A stretch of DNA of 64,000 bases from assembly GCA_963727895.1 (NCBI GenBank), contig CAVSHT010000009.1, positions 352,001 to 416,000 on the forward strand, read 5' to 3'. The notes below the pieces were generated by a model. That model saw only the letters and a program-made list of their open reading frames with translations, was not told where the DNA came from and made no database searches. The stretch is from an uncultured Methanosarcinaceae archaeon. GTDB lineage: Archaea > Halobacteriota > Methanosarcinia > Methanosarcinales > Methanosarcinaceae. Shown in pieces: positions 20,841 through 31,601 of this stretch (position 1 is the stretch's first letter; each line of letters begins with the position of its first letter). A program made the position numbers and the translations under genes.

Positions 20841-21556
20841 CTATATCTAGTTCTTTATTTCTTTATTTCATCAATAGAATAACCGAGTACTTTAGCATTT
20901 CAAGACTCTTCGTATAACACTTTGTCTTTCTTCTCAACCTTGCCAAAAAGTGCCTCAATATGCTGTTATATCCTTCAACAGTATACGTTTCTGCTTTTGA
21001 TTGAGTATGGATCTTTTCTGGAAGAAACTCTGCATATGCTCTCCAGTGATCGGTCATCACTTCTCCAATCTCTTTTTTCTTCAATTTTTTTCAGAGTAGT
21101 TTTCCAGTTTCCGTTCCTCTGCTGCCAAAAGAGCAGTTAATAAACTTTTTCCCAACTCTATCAACAGCAATCCAGATCCAGCAATATTTTTTTTTGTTAC
21201 CGATGTAAGTGTGCATCTCATCCATTTCAACAATAGATATCTCACTTTCACTTTTTAGGTTCTCTCACTCTTGACCAAATTTCTTTATCCATTTTTGGAC
21301 AGAAACATGACTCACCCCTAAAACTCTTCCTATTGAACGAAAGCCCAATCCTTCAAGGTAAAGTTGTAAAGCCTGTTTTTTGACAGAAGCGGAAAAAGCA
21401 GTTGATTTTAGCTCTACTGTATAGTTATAGCCACAATCATGGCATTTGTACCGTTGACGCCCACCAACTATACCATTCTTTTTGTGATTAGAACTATTGC
21501 ATTCATGAAGAAATATATGTTATAAGCATATATATCTATTTTTGAGTACCAATGCC
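20826..21556 (-). mobile_element. IS1-family element, inactivated copy
   Basis: Terminal IRs ggcattgttacttaa / ttgagtaccaatgcc; closely similar to 33323-34059; 10-bp deletion after the ATG and an internal TGA; no target duplication. Confidence 0.92.
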
Positions 21557-21724
21557 TTTTATAAAAATGCATAAGATTTTATGGGGGCACTCTTGAATCA
21601 AAGAAAAAGTTCAGTAATAAACACAGTGTACAACAAGAAACCAAATCAGACTTAGAATCAAGACTTGAAGCATTAGAAAATAAAGTCAATGCGTTCTTAG
21701 AATCCGAAAACAAGGATAATTAAG

Positions 21725-21798
21725 TGGGCCCGCTGAGATTCGAACTCAGGACCTCCGCCGTGTGAAGGCGACGTCATAACCGTCTAGACCACGAGCCC
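21725..21798 (-). tRNA. tRNA-Val(CAC)
   Basis: GGGCTCGTGGTCTAGACGGTTATGACGTCGCCTT-CAC-ACGGCGGAGGTCCTGAGTTCGAATCTCAGCGGGCCCA folds as a cloverleaf. Confidence 0.95.
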
Positions 21799-22130
21799 AT
21801 AACCTGCATTTGAAAATCATAAAGGTTAAGCAACCATAAATATAACTTCTTAGGTATAAGTTTATCGCTTCAAACTGATATTGGGCTTGCTTGAATATGT
21901 AATAGAATTAACTTGAGTTTTTTGCCACATAAATTACCTTTTGCTTATTTTGAAGTATAAAGTAAAGAGAAAAGTAGAGAGAATTCCTGCTTGAATTTAT
22001 CTTTTTGTAGCTGAGATTTCCTATCTGAGATTTCCTATCTGATTTTTGAAAATTACAATTGAACGACAAAGTAAAAAAGTAAAGAAGTCTTATGTAATAA
22101 CTATATAAATAATTTAGTTATCGGGTTATT

Positions 22131-22895
22131 ATGATAGAAATACTCAAAATCCTCTTCAGCATACCCTTTTTACTTTATTCTTGCTATTCCGATCTGAACT
22201 CCCGCAGAGTTTCGAATAAAGTGTGGAAGTATATGCTCGCATTGGGTTCTATATTTGTGTGTTATGAAATAAATACAGAAGGAATGCCTTTTATAAAGTC
22301 TCTTCTTTTATCAGGAGTTCTCGTATTTACTGTCGTATACATCCTTTTTCAGCTTGGAGCCTTTGGAGGAGGAGACGCAAAAGGTCTAATAGTACTTTCT
22401 ATCCTTTTTCCATCTTATTCGGTTTATCATTTATACGGAGAAACTTATCCCTTGCTAGGACTTCCTCCTATAGGGCTTTTTACATTCACCGTCCTTGGAA
22501 ATGCTCTTCTGGTAACAATAATTGTTCCACTTGAAATGTTTTGCTACAATCTCCTGCATTTATCACCTGAGATGATTAAAAATCCGTTTTATATGTTTCT
22601 AGGTTATAGAACCGAGGTTTCTTCCCTGAAACATAAAAAGCACTTTGGTTTGCTTGAAAAATTTGAGCTTGACGAAAGTGGAAGACTCAAAATAAAATTT
22701 TCGCGAATAGGAAATTGTTTCGATGAAGACCAGAGACCAGAAATTGAAGAGTATCTGAAAAAAGGCTTGATTAAAAAAGATATTTGGGTTACCCCCTGCT
22801 TACCCTTCATGCTTTCAATTACAGCTGGCTTTTTCATAACAGTTATTTTAGGGGATTTAACTTTTTATATAGTTACGCACCTTATTGCAAACTAA
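22131..22895 (+). CDS. Archaeal preflagellin/prepilin peptidase (A24, FlaK/PibD-like)
   Basis: SCYSDLNSRRV, FGGGDAKG and IWVTPCLPFM motifs; multiple TM segments. Confidence 0.9.
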   Translation: MIEILKILFSIPFLLYSCYSDLNSRRVSNKVWKYMLALGSIFVCYEINTEGMPFIKSLLLSGVLVFTVVYILFQLGAFGGGDAKGLIVLSILFPSYSVYHLYGETYPLLGLPPIGLFTFTVLGNALLVTIIVPLEMFCYNLLHLSPEMIKNPFYMFLGYRTEVSSLKHKKHFGLLEKFELDESGRLKIKFSRIGNCFDEDQRPEIEEYLKKGLIKKDIWVTPCLPFMLSITAGFFITVILGDLTFYIVTHLIAN

Positions 22896-22950
22896 AATAA
22901 AAACTAATCCCATATGTCTACAAACCAGAATTTACGTTATATTTTAAGAA

Positions 22951-23538
22951 TTACTTATTTTGTACGATAAGCAACCCATAAAGAATTGTTTTTGGAACAG
23001 GGGGATTCTCAGGAGTGCCTGTTGTTATCTTTTCTTCAGGATAGCCAAGGTTTTCGCAGGTGTAAAGCTCAGCTTTGATACTCAGTTCTCGCAGGACTTC
23101 CGCAACTTCAAGTGAGCCAAAGTTTTCTTCCGGAAGCAGGAAGATATTTCTTCCGTTCTTTAATTCCCGGATAAGTTCAACTTTTGCGGGTTCGGAATCT
23201 CGACCATGAGCTGTAATTGCACAGAGATTGGTAAGATTAACTTTTGTACGAGCACAAGCCACCTGCATCGAGGAAATTCCCGGAATAACTGTGTCCTTTT
23301 CACCTGCAAATTTTCCAAGCCCTGAAAACATAGGATCGCCGGTAGATAATATTACTGCATCTGCTGGCAAGAGATGAAGAGATTTATAATCCTTAATCGG
23401 TTTTGCCTCGCAGGTAATATAATCCTGAGCAATTTCAAGAGCCCTTTTTGCACCATAAACCACCGAAGCTTTCCTTATAGCCTGTATTCCCTCTTCCGTG
23501 AGCATTCCAGGCCCAACTCCGACTCCTACTACAATCAT
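22951..23538 (-). CDS. cbiE: Cobalt-precorrin-7 C5-methyltransferase
   Basis: VGVGVGPG, LSTGDPMFSGLG, PGISSMQVA and ENLGYPEEKI motifs; next to cbiD. Confidence 0.85.
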   Translation of the reverse strand: MIVVGVGVGPGMLTEEGIQAIRKASVVYGAKRALEIAQDYITCEAKPIKDYKSLHLLPADAVILSTGDPMFSGLGKFAGEKDTVIPGISSMQVACARTKVNLTNLCAITAHGRDSEPAKVELIRELKNGRNIFLLPEENFGSLEVAEVLRELSIKAELYTCENLGYPEEKITTGTPENPPVPKTILYGLLIVQNK

Positions 23539-23674
23539 TATTTTTCCCTTGCCGTTAATTTATAGTTTCAATTTTACGGTCTGCTTTTGCCACGTAATTT
23601 ACGTAAATTACTGCACAAATCTATTAGAATTCCAGTTTAATTCAACCTTTCAACAGGAATTTCAGTTTTCAAGT

Positions 23675-24694
23675 TTAACTCTTGCTTTTACTGTCCATCA
23701 GGACCGAACCGTCTCTGTCAATTACTACAATCCTTGCACCTTTCCCTTTCTCAATTGCCATTTCAAAAGCTTCTTTCAGACGAGGATGTTCAGGATCTTT
23801 TTCAAGCATCTCGACAACTGTTGCATATTCACCGTCTTTAAGCATATCCGGGTTTCCCCATTTGAGAACAAGACCAGGAAGCCCACAGATAACTACATCG
23901 CCAGAAGCGTAATCCAGTCCTTCTGAAATCCTGCTTCCTATCATAACAATTGTATAATCGGGAAAAAGCATATGTGAATAGCGCATTCCTATACGGCCTG
24001 TAGTTAGGACTACTTTGTCCGTGCAGCGGATAAGATCTCCTTTCATCTCACCCAGATGGTCGTTCCAAGGCTCAACAAAACCCGTGCTTCCAAGCACAGA
24101 AATTCCACATTCAACCCCTATTCTGCTGTTCAGAGTTTCCTTTCCAATTATTTCCCCGTCAGGAATTGAGATTGTAACCTCGGCTCCTCTCAAACCCAGT
24201 TCTTCTACAGCTTCCTTCACTGCTGCCTTTATCTGTTCCATCGGTTTTGGATTAATAGCTGGCTGACCCCTTGGAACTTGAAGCCCATCCCTTCTAACAA
24301 CTCCAATACCTTTTCCTCCGAGAATTCGGATTTCTTCTGCTTCCTTTGCTTCTCCTACAAATTCGAGTCCCCGGGTAATATCAGATTCATGGTCATTAAG
24401 AATCTTTTTCACAACTGCATATCCCTTTGAGGATTCAGCGACCTCAAGATGAGCTCTCAATCCTACAGGAGTCGGAACGGACACACTATCAACCGCTTTC
24501 TTAAGGGAAAGGACTGCAGCTTTTGCAGCAGCACTTGCTGTAGTTCCTGTAGTGTATCCTCTTTTGAGGACAGAACCGTCACTTAGAACCACAATCATCC
24601 CGGATGCGATTTTTGTTTCAAGCTCTTCCCTTGGCAATCCTGTGCGGGCAATCCATTCGTCAGGAATTTTGAAATTGTTAACAGGATCTATCAT
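23675..24694 (-). CDS. cbiD: Cobalt-precorrin-5B C1-methyltransferase
   Basis: [22 protein letters not shown] and [13 protein letters not shown] motifs. Confidence 0.93.
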   Translation of the reverse strand: MIDPVNNFKIPDEWIARTGLPREELETKIASGMIVVLSDGSVLKRGYTTGTTASAAAKAAVLSLKKAVDSVSVPTPVGLRAHLEVAESSKGYAVVKKILNDHESDITRGLEFVGEAKEAEEIRILGGKGIGVVRRDGLQVPRGQPAINPKPMEQIKAAVKEAVEELGLRGAEVTISIPDGEIIGKETLNSRIGVECGISVLGSTGFVEPWNDHLGEMKGDLIRCTDKVVLTTGRIGMRYSHMLFPDYTIVMIGSRISEGLDYASGDVVICGLPGLVLKWGNPDMLKDGEYATVVEMLEKDPEHPRLKEAFEMAIEKGKGARIVVIDRDGSVLMDSKSKS

Positions 24695-25365
24695 GGGGAA
24701 TATTCAGAGGTTTTTTATTATAAATGTATTGACGTGAAAATAGGAAAAAACCCAATAAATCCTCAGTGTAAGCCTTGCTCACTTCCTGCTCACAACATTT
24801 GATAACGACATTAAGCACTATAGAATTATGGAATACAGAAAATAGAAAAAAGGCGGATAGAATACAGAAAATAGAAAAGAGGTGGCACCATTCCAGGATT
24901 AGGGAATTTTATGGGGATTCGTGTTTTGGAAATGGATATTATCCTAGATTTTGGAACGATTGGGGATCGTTTCTTATTGGGGGGTTTTTGGGTTGGTGTG
25001 TGAAAAATAGCCTTGTGGAATGATGCCTATTTCAAACGCCAGGATTCGCCTGGCACACTATTACATCTTAAGTTCTATTATATAAACATATAGGAAACTA
25101 AGAATGACATCTCTAAATAGAACTATATTTTCAGATTAGAGACATATTGACTAGTTATTTACATAAAATCACTACATATTCGAGCTACAAACTGATTTTT
25201 TAACCGTGATGAAAGAAATTCCTTTTAAAAAAGAGATTCATTTAATTTTAAATGAATTAAAAGAAAAAAGTAGTACTGTTCTGTATTTATAAAATATAGA
25301 AAAATTAAACTCTGTAAGAGAGATATGAAAAAACAGAAAGGATATTTTTCAGGTTACAGCTTTTT

Positions 25366-27423
25366 TTACAGGATTCTTGCAAACATGCGGTCCAGCTCTC
25401 CTTTCGTAAATGTAATTATAGTAGGTCTTCCATGAGGACAAGAGTATGGATTTTCTGCCCTTTTAAGTTGTTCTATTAGATCTTCCATCTGCCTTGGGTT
25501 ACAGACAGCTCCACCCTTAATTGCGGCTCTACATGCAAGGATTTTACAGACCTTTTCCGAAATACCGGTATCTTTTTTAACTTTTCCTGAAGCCAAAAGG
25601 TCCGAAACTATATCATGGATAATATCAGTATCTTCAAGCCTTCCGAAAACCTCTGGCACGAAGGTAACCACATATGTATTCTCGCCAAATTCAGAAATCC
25701 CGAAACCGTAGTCTTCAAGATATGGAATATATTCTTCCATAAGCACTTTCTCTTTAGGAGTAAGGTCTATGGTTACAGGTGTTATCAGCTCCTGCACACT
25801 GGATTTTTTCATTTTTAAAACTTGTTCGTAAAGAATTCTCTCATGAGCAGCATGCTGATCAATAATAACAAGGTCTTCTCCCTTTTCAGCAAGAATATAC
25901 AATTTAGAGACCTGCCCTATAATCCGGAGGTCTTCAAGAGAGTCAATATTAGAGTTATTTTTTAGTTTAGACCGTCCTTCTGAACGTATTTTTTCTCTAT
26001 ATTTCACTTCAACATCTGTTTGTCCATTTTCCTTATCATGAAGAACTGTTTGTCCTTTAACAGCATCTTCATTCTCTCTTTCCTGCTCTTTTTTATGATC
26101 CAAAGTTTTATCTATTTTCTGCGTAGCATCCTCTACAGTGAAATTCAAGAGACGTTCAGATCTTTTTAGTTTTCTTTCGGTATCTTTTACCGGATATGTA
26201 TAAGTTTCAGCTTGTGTTCTGGGAATCTTATCGTTTTCAGGAAAAATGGTCTTTTCCAGAGTTTCTGGAATCTTTCCAGCCGTTTTCTCGAAAGTTTCCG
26301 CGGCTTCTGAGACCTTAAATCCATCTGAGGGACCTGAAACTTCAAAAGTTTTCTGGAAGATTTTATCTCTTTTTTCTCTGATTTCAGGAATTAAGATATT
26401 TTCTGAAAGTACATTTTCAATCACAAATGTAACTGCATCTCCAAGTTCTTTTTCCCGGCTGAAACGTACTTCAGCTTTACGAGGATGAACATTTACATCC
26501 ACCTCTCCGGGATCGAGAACCAGAGAAAGTACTGCTACAGGATAGCGTCCCTTTGGAATCTTGGTATAGTAACCTTCGCGAACAGCTTTATTGATGGCTC
26601 TTGAAGTCACTGGACGGGTATTTACGAAAAGAAAAAGCTGATCACTTTCTCCTCGAGTGATTTCAGGCTTTGAAATATATCCCTGAATCTCAAAATTTTC
26701 AGTTTTATATTTCAGAGGAAGCATGGAACGAGCCGTATCTGGCCCTAAAAGATTTACAATGCTTTTGAAAGACTCATTTGACCCCGCATTTCTTATGATT
26801 TGCTTCCCTTCACTTAACAGAGTAAAAGAAATTTTCGGATTTGCCAGGGCAAGCTGCATAACTGTCTCTGTAATATGGGCAAGCTCAGTACGATCACTTT
26901 TCAGGTATTTCTGCCTTGCTGGAATATTATAAAATAGATCTTTCACATGAACACTCGTACCTGGAGCCGTGCCTGTATCCGAAGTTTCAAGCACTTTGCC
27001 CCCATGAACCGTTATTTTAGTGCCTGTGATATCTTCTGGAGGTCGGGTAAGAATTTCCACTTTTGCAACAGCCGTAATAGATGAAAGAGCCTCTCCCCTG
27101 AAACCCATTGTAGAAATAGTATCAAGATCTTCAATACGCGTAAGCTTGCTTGTTGCATGTTTTTTGTATGCGAGCAAGGCATCCTCTCTACTCATTCCAC
27201 AACCGTTGTCTCTTACAAGGATAGAGCGTTTTCCACCCTTTTCTACTTCAATACGGATATCCGTAGCTCCTGCATCAATTGAATTGTCTAGCAGTTCTTT
27301 TACTATAGATGCTGGACGTTCAATTACTTCTCCTGCAGCGATTTTATTTATCGTATCTTTGTCAAGGATTCGGATTTTGTTTCCTTGAATATTTTCTTTA
27401 TTTTGAATAGATTCTTCCACCAT
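25366..27423 (-). CDS. mutL: DNA mismatch repair endonuclease MutL
   Basis: IAAGEVIERPAS, GFRGEAL, DQHAAHER and CPHGRP motifs. Confidence 0.98.
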   Translation of the reverse strand: MVEESIQNKENIQGNKIRILDKDTINKIAAGEVIERPASIVKELLDNSIDAGATDIRIEVEKGGKRSILVRDNGCGMSREDALLAYKKHATSKLTRIEDLDTISTMGFRGEALSSITAVAKVEILTRPPEDITGTKITVHGGKVLETSDTGTAPGTSVHVKDLFYNIPARQKYLKSDRTELAHITETVMQLALANPKISFTLLSEGKQIIRNAGSNESFKSIVNLLGPDTARSMLPLKYKTENFEIQGYISKPEITRGESDQLFLFVNTRPVTSRAINKAVREGYYTKIPKGRYPVAVLSLVLDPGEVDVNVHPRKAEVRFSREKELGDAVTFVIENVLSENILIPEIREKRDKIFQKTFEVSGPSDGFKVSEAAETFEKTAGKIPETLEKTIFPENDKIPRTQAETYTYPVKDTERKLKRSERLLNFTVEDATQKIDKTLDHKKEQERENEDAVKGQTVLHDKENGQTDVEVKYREKIRSEGRSKLKNNSNIDSLEDLRIIGQVSKLYILAEKGEDLVIIDQHAAHERILYEQVLKMKKSSVQELITPVTIDLTPKEKVLMEEYIPYLEDYGFGISEFGENTYVVTFVPEVFGRLEDTDIIHDIVSDLLASGKVKKDTGISEKVCKILACRAAIKGGAVCNPRQMEDLIEQLKRAENPYSCPHGRPTIITFTKGELDRMFARIL

Positions 27424-27470
27424 TCATTTACTCCGTCCAGACCAGAATTTTTTATTGGACATTTAGTACT

Positions 27471-30170
27471 TCAATTAATCAACCTTTTCAGCTCATGAAG
27501 CTTATTGAGAGCTTCTATTGGAGTCATCTCATCTACATTCAGCTTTCTCAGAGATGCTTCTACTGGGCTTAACCTGTTTGCCTTTGAACTTCCACCACTG
27601 TCTCCAGGGTCAAAAAGCATCATCTGAGTATAACGTGCTGTTGTCTTATTTTTCTTCTTTTTTCCGTTTTCTCCATCTTCAGTTTCTTCAAGCACGTTTT
27701 CTTTTTCGAGATCTTTTAGAATTTCATTTGCCCGTTCGATTACTTTTTCAGGAACGCCTGCAAGTCTTGCAACCTGGATTCCATAACTTCGGTCTGTCGC
27801 TCCAGGCACTATTTTTCTCAGGAAAACAAGTTCATGACCTTCTTCTTTTACTGCGATGTGATAGTTTTTGACTCTTTTTAGTTTCTCTTCAAGAGCTGTG
27901 AGCTGATGATAATGAGTTGCAAATAGTGCTCTTACTCCCACTTTTCCTCTGTTATGCAAGAATTCTACAACAGATTTGGCAATGCTGTACCCATCATAGG
28001 TACTTGTTCCCCTACCGATTTCATCAAGAAGTACAAGACTTTTAGGGCTTGCATTATTAAGGATGTTTGCAAGTTCAACCATCTCTACCATAAAGGTGCT
28101 TTGCCCGCTTGCAAGATCATCAAATGCCCCTATTCTTGTAAAAACCTGATCAATAACCCCTATGGAAGCATAAGATGCAGGAACAAAAGACCCTATCTGA
28201 GCCATAATAGCTATAAGAGCAGTCTGTCGCATATAAGTAGACTTGCCTGCCATGTTTGGCCCTGTTATTAACAAAAACTGATTTTCGTTACAATCCATTT
28301 CAGTATCGTTTGGAACAAAGCCTCCATATACGGCATTTTCAACTACCGGATGTCTTCCGTCCCGTATTAAGATCTTACAGTCATTTGTAAGTTGAGGCCT
28401 GATATAATTATTATTTTCTGCGACTTCAGCCAGAGTCGCAATGACATCAAGCGAGCCTATTTTTTTGGCAGTTTCCTGGAGTTCTCTTGAATGGACTGAA
28501 AGCGCCTGTACAATTTGTGTAAAGATTTCGTATTCGAGAGCTACAGCTTTTTCATTAGCTGTCAAAATAAGACTCTCTTTTTCCTTGAGTTCAGGAGTAA
28601 AAAAACGCTCGGCATTTGCCATGGTTTGTTTTCTGATATAATCATCAGGAACCTGGCTACTGTTAGAATTCGTGACCTCTATATAATATCCAAAAACCTT
28701 ATTATATCCCACTTTAAGAGATTTAATACCACTTCTCTCTCTTTCTTTCTGCTGAAAATTTGCAATCCACTGCCGACTGTTGCTCGCAATATCCTTGAGT
28801 TCATCAAGTTCTTCATTATACCCAGGTTTTATCATGCCTCCTTCCCTAACAGAGATAGGAGGCTCATCAACTATTGCTTTATTTATCATTTCAGACAGAT
28901 TTTCAAGCTCTGAAAACGATTCAAGCCCAATTGCAACTTTAGTTAAAAGTTCAGATTTAGCATATTTCAAGAGAGAATCACGAACAGAAGGTAAGACTTC
29001 AAGAGATTTTTTAAGAGCGATAAGATCCCTTGCGTTTGAATTTCCGTATACCACTCTGCCCACGAGGCGTTCTATATCCCTTACTTCTGAAAGCCATTTC
29101 CGTAAATCATAGCGGAGCAGAGGATTTGCTGTCAGTTCCTCTACAGCATCGAGCCGAAGGTTGATATTTTCTACGGAAAGCAGAGGTTTTAAAAGCCATT
29201 TTTTCAGGGTGCGGCTTCCCATTGGAGTTTTAGTGCAATTTATAGTCCGATAAAGAGAATTTCCATCTCCTTCATCTCTCACGTTTCTCACGATTTCGAA
29301 ATTTCTTAAGGTTATGGAATCAAGTATCATGAATTCTGAATTTGAGTAGGTTCTCAAAGTATTGATATGGGTAAGCTTTCTCATCTGTGTGGTCTGTGCA
29401 TATTCCAGAGCAGCACAGGCAGAATACACTGCGAAATCAAGATTTTCACAACCCATGCCTTCTAGGGTTGCAACCTTGAAATGAGCTTTCAATCGTTCTC
29501 TGGCTTCCTTTGATCCTGAAATATCTGGAGCAAATTCCTGCACAATAGTCTGGGTTCTCAGCCGATCTACAAGATCAGAATTTCCATATAGAGATGGAGG
29601 CAGGATGCACTCGGAAGGGCGCATGCGGGCAAGTTCACTTAGAAGCTTCTCAAAGTTTTCTGAGTCCCTAAACTGTGTTGTAAGGAATTCCCCTGTGGAA
29701 ATATCAAGAAAAGATACTCCAACTTCGATTTCTTTTTCACTGTGCTTTCCAGATCTTCCGATTTCCCGTCCAACAACCGCCATGAGATAATTGTTTGAGG
29801 CATCAAAAAACATGGAAGAATCAATTGCGGTGCCTGGCGTGACGACCCTGACAACTCCTCGCTTTACAACTCCCTTTGCCTTTTTCGGGTCTTCAAGCTG
29901 TTCGCAAATTGCCACCTTATACCCTTTATTTATTAGCCTTGGCAAATAAGTGTCAATTGCATGATAGGGTATTCCTGCAAGAGGCATTTTTTCTCCTGAT
30001 TTGTCCTTCCCTCGAGCTGTAAGCGTGATCTCAAGCTCTTTTGCAATAATTTTTGCATCATCTCCGAAAGATTCGTAGAAATCTCCCATACGGAAGAAAA
30101 TTAGGGTGTCAGGATATGCCTGCTTGGCTTCGTAGTACTGGCGCATTGCAGGGGTCATCATTTCAGTCAT
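27471..30170 (-). CDS. mutS: DNA mismatch repair protein MutS
   Basis: TPAMRQY, GDFYE, TGPNMAGKST and DEIGRGTST motifs. Confidence 0.98.
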   Translation of the reverse strand: MTEMMTPAMRQYYEAKQAYPDTLIFFRMGDFYESFGDDAKIIAKELEITLTARGKDKSGEKMPLAGIPYHAIDTYLPRLINKGYKVAICEQLEDPKKAKGVVKRGVVRVVTPGTAIDSSMFFDASNNYLMAVVGREIGRSGKHSEKEIEVGVSFLDISTGEFLTTQFRDSENFEKLLSELARMRPSECILPPSLYGNSDLVDRLRTQTIVQEFAPDISGSKEARERLKAHFKVATLEGMGCENLDFAVYSACAALEYAQTTQMRKLTHINTLRTYSNSEFMILDSITLRNFEIVRNVRDEGDGNSLYRTINCTKTPMGSRTLKKWLLKPLLSVENINLRLDAVEELTANPLLRYDLRKWLSEVRDIERLVGRVVYGNSNARDLIALKKSLEVLPSVRDSLLKYAKSELLTKVAIGLESFSELENLSEMINKAIVDEPPISVREGGMIKPGYNEELDELKDIASNSRQWIANFQQKERERSGIKSLKVGYNKVFGYYIEVTNSNSSQVPDDYIRKQTMANAERFFTPELKEKESLILTANEKAVALEYEIFTQIVQALSVHSRELQETAKKIGSLDVIATLAEVAENNNYIRPQLTNDCKILIRDGRHPVVENAVYGGFVPNDTEMDCNENQFLLITGPNMAGKSTYMRQTALIAIMAQIGSFVPASYASIGVIDQVFTRIGAFDDLASGQSTFMVEMVELANILNNASPKSLVLLDEIGRGTSTYDGYSIAKSVVEFLHNRGKVGVRALFATHYHQLTALEEKLKRVKNYHIAVKEEGHELVFLRKIVPGATDRSYGIQVARLAGVPEKVIERANEILKDLEKENVLEETEDGENGKKKKNKTTARYTQMMLFDPGDSGGSSKANRLSPVEASLRKLNVDEMTPIEALNKLHELKRLIN

Positions 30171-30397
30171 TTTTTACTCACGTAGGCCTTAATCGTTTTG
30201 TGTAAAATTGGGAATATTTATCTGAATTTTGGTTTTTTCAGGGGTCTTTAGGATAAAAATATCCTTTTTTGATTAGAGAAACTATAGATAATATATTGGA
30301 TGGATTAGATATTAGATAATACATCTTTATTAAAATCATCCTTCTTATATATATTTAACAATTCGATGTTGTAAACCATCTTGAAAGAGAAACTACT

Positions 30398-30604
30398 ATG
30401 GATCAAGAAAAACTCATTGAAATTTGCCCCATCTGCGGAAATGCAGATATAGATTATGAAGTTGGTGGGTATGCAGGTACAGTTTACCATTGCAAAGAAT
30501 GCGGATATATAGGAGCTTTCGTTATTGAAGCTAATGATGAAATGATAGAAAAAATTCGAGAGAAATATAAGCGTGAAAAAGTGAACGAAAATGCGCAAAA
30601 ATGA
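30398..30604 (+). CDS. Small CPxCG zinc-finger protein
   Basis: CPICG...YHCKECGYIG. Confidence 0.75.
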   Translation: MDQEKLIEICPICGNADIDYEVGGYAGTVYHCKECGYIGAFVIEANDEMIEKIREKYKREKVNENAQK

Positions 30605-30689
30605 ATGAAGAGAACTAAAAGATGAGAAAGTAGAAAATATATCATAATAGCGTGTAAAAACGTATCAAAAAAGTATCTAAATAAAGTTT

Positions 30690-30767
30690 TGGTGGGGCCG
30701 CTGAGATTTGGACTCAGGTCGCAAGACCCCCAGCCTTGCAGGATGGACCAGGCTACCCTACGGCCCC
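30690..30767 (-). tRNA. tRNA-Pro(GGG), CCA encoded, atypical T-loop
   Basis: GGGGCCGTAGGGTAGCCTGGTCCATCCTGCAAGGCT-GGG-GGTCTTGCGACCTGAGTCCAAATCTCAGCGGCCCCACCA. Confidence 0.92.
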
Positions 30768-30983
30768 GCAGAGTAGATTGTGATTTTTCAATAGCAAACC
30801 TCTTTCTTTGTTTGCCATCATCAACTATTCTAATTAAATACGTTGTATAAATGAGTATCGGTAGAAGAAAATAATGATACTCATTTTGTTGTAATTAATA
30901 TTATTTCATATCAATATAAGTTCATCATTTAGAGACGACACCAGTGCCATTATTATCTAGCGCTTTTAGTAAGGTTTTGTTGA

Positions 30984-31601
30984 TTATGGTTGTTGAGAAT
31001 CAACATCATAGGACGTGTTTAATATGCTTTTTGCCTTAAGGACTCTCTGGATAACAGTGATATGAGAAAGTACAGCTATAATTACAAGAGCCCAGTTAAG
31101 AAAACCTGAAATTCCTCCCAGAGCCAGAATAATCATTCTTTCTGTACGTTCGGCAATTCCAACTGATAGTTTTTGGCATCCTGCGGATTCCGCACGGGCG
31201 CGGGTATAGCTTACTAGAAAAGAGCCTATCAAAGCATAACCTGCCCAGAGCCAACCTTCAACTTGCACAATAGGGGAAAGGGAAAGTTTACCGTTAACTG
31301 CACCTGCTATTATCCCAAGGAATATCAAGCCATCAGAGTAACGGTCGCAAACTGAATCAAGTACGCCTCCAAAAGGCGTTATCCGGCCTTTTGCCCTTGC
31401 GACACCTCCATCAAGAACGTCAAAAATCCCGCTGAAAAGAATTAGAAGCCCACCAATAAAAGGGTTGCCTAGAGCAAAAAAAGCCCCAGCTACCACGCTT
31501 ACGGCAAACCCCATTAGAGTAAGGGTATTCGGAGATAGAGGAATCAAGCGAGCAACAGGAATTACCAGTTTTCTTACACTGTTTTTGAGTTCATTGAAGA
31601 T
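30984..31601 (-). CDS. pgsA: CDP-alcohol phosphatidyltransferase (archaetidylinositol phosphate synthase-like); start uncertain (TTG 31547 or ATC/ATT 31601/31607)
   Basis: SPNTLT and DVLDGGVAR...GGVLDSVCDRYSD signatures. Confidence 0.85.
   Translation of the reverse strand: MFNELKNSVRKLVIPVARLIPLSPNTLTLMGFAVSVVAGAFFALGNPFIGGLLILFSGIFDVLDGGVARAKGRITPFGGVLDSVCDRYSDGLIFLGIIAGAVNGKLSLSPIVQVEGWLWAGYALIGSFLVSYTRARAESAGCQKLSVGIAERTERMIILALGGISGFLNWALVIIAVLSHITVIQRVLKAKSILNTSYDVDSQQP

Noticed and set aside
22011..22042. Short tandem duplications (also about 36170-36201 and 49930-49966)
   Set aside because: They are 14-18-bp intergenic slippage duplications with no evidence of function.
30931..30948. 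Possible IS end (rc GGCACTGGTGTC)
   Set aside because: No partner repeat or target duplication was found.
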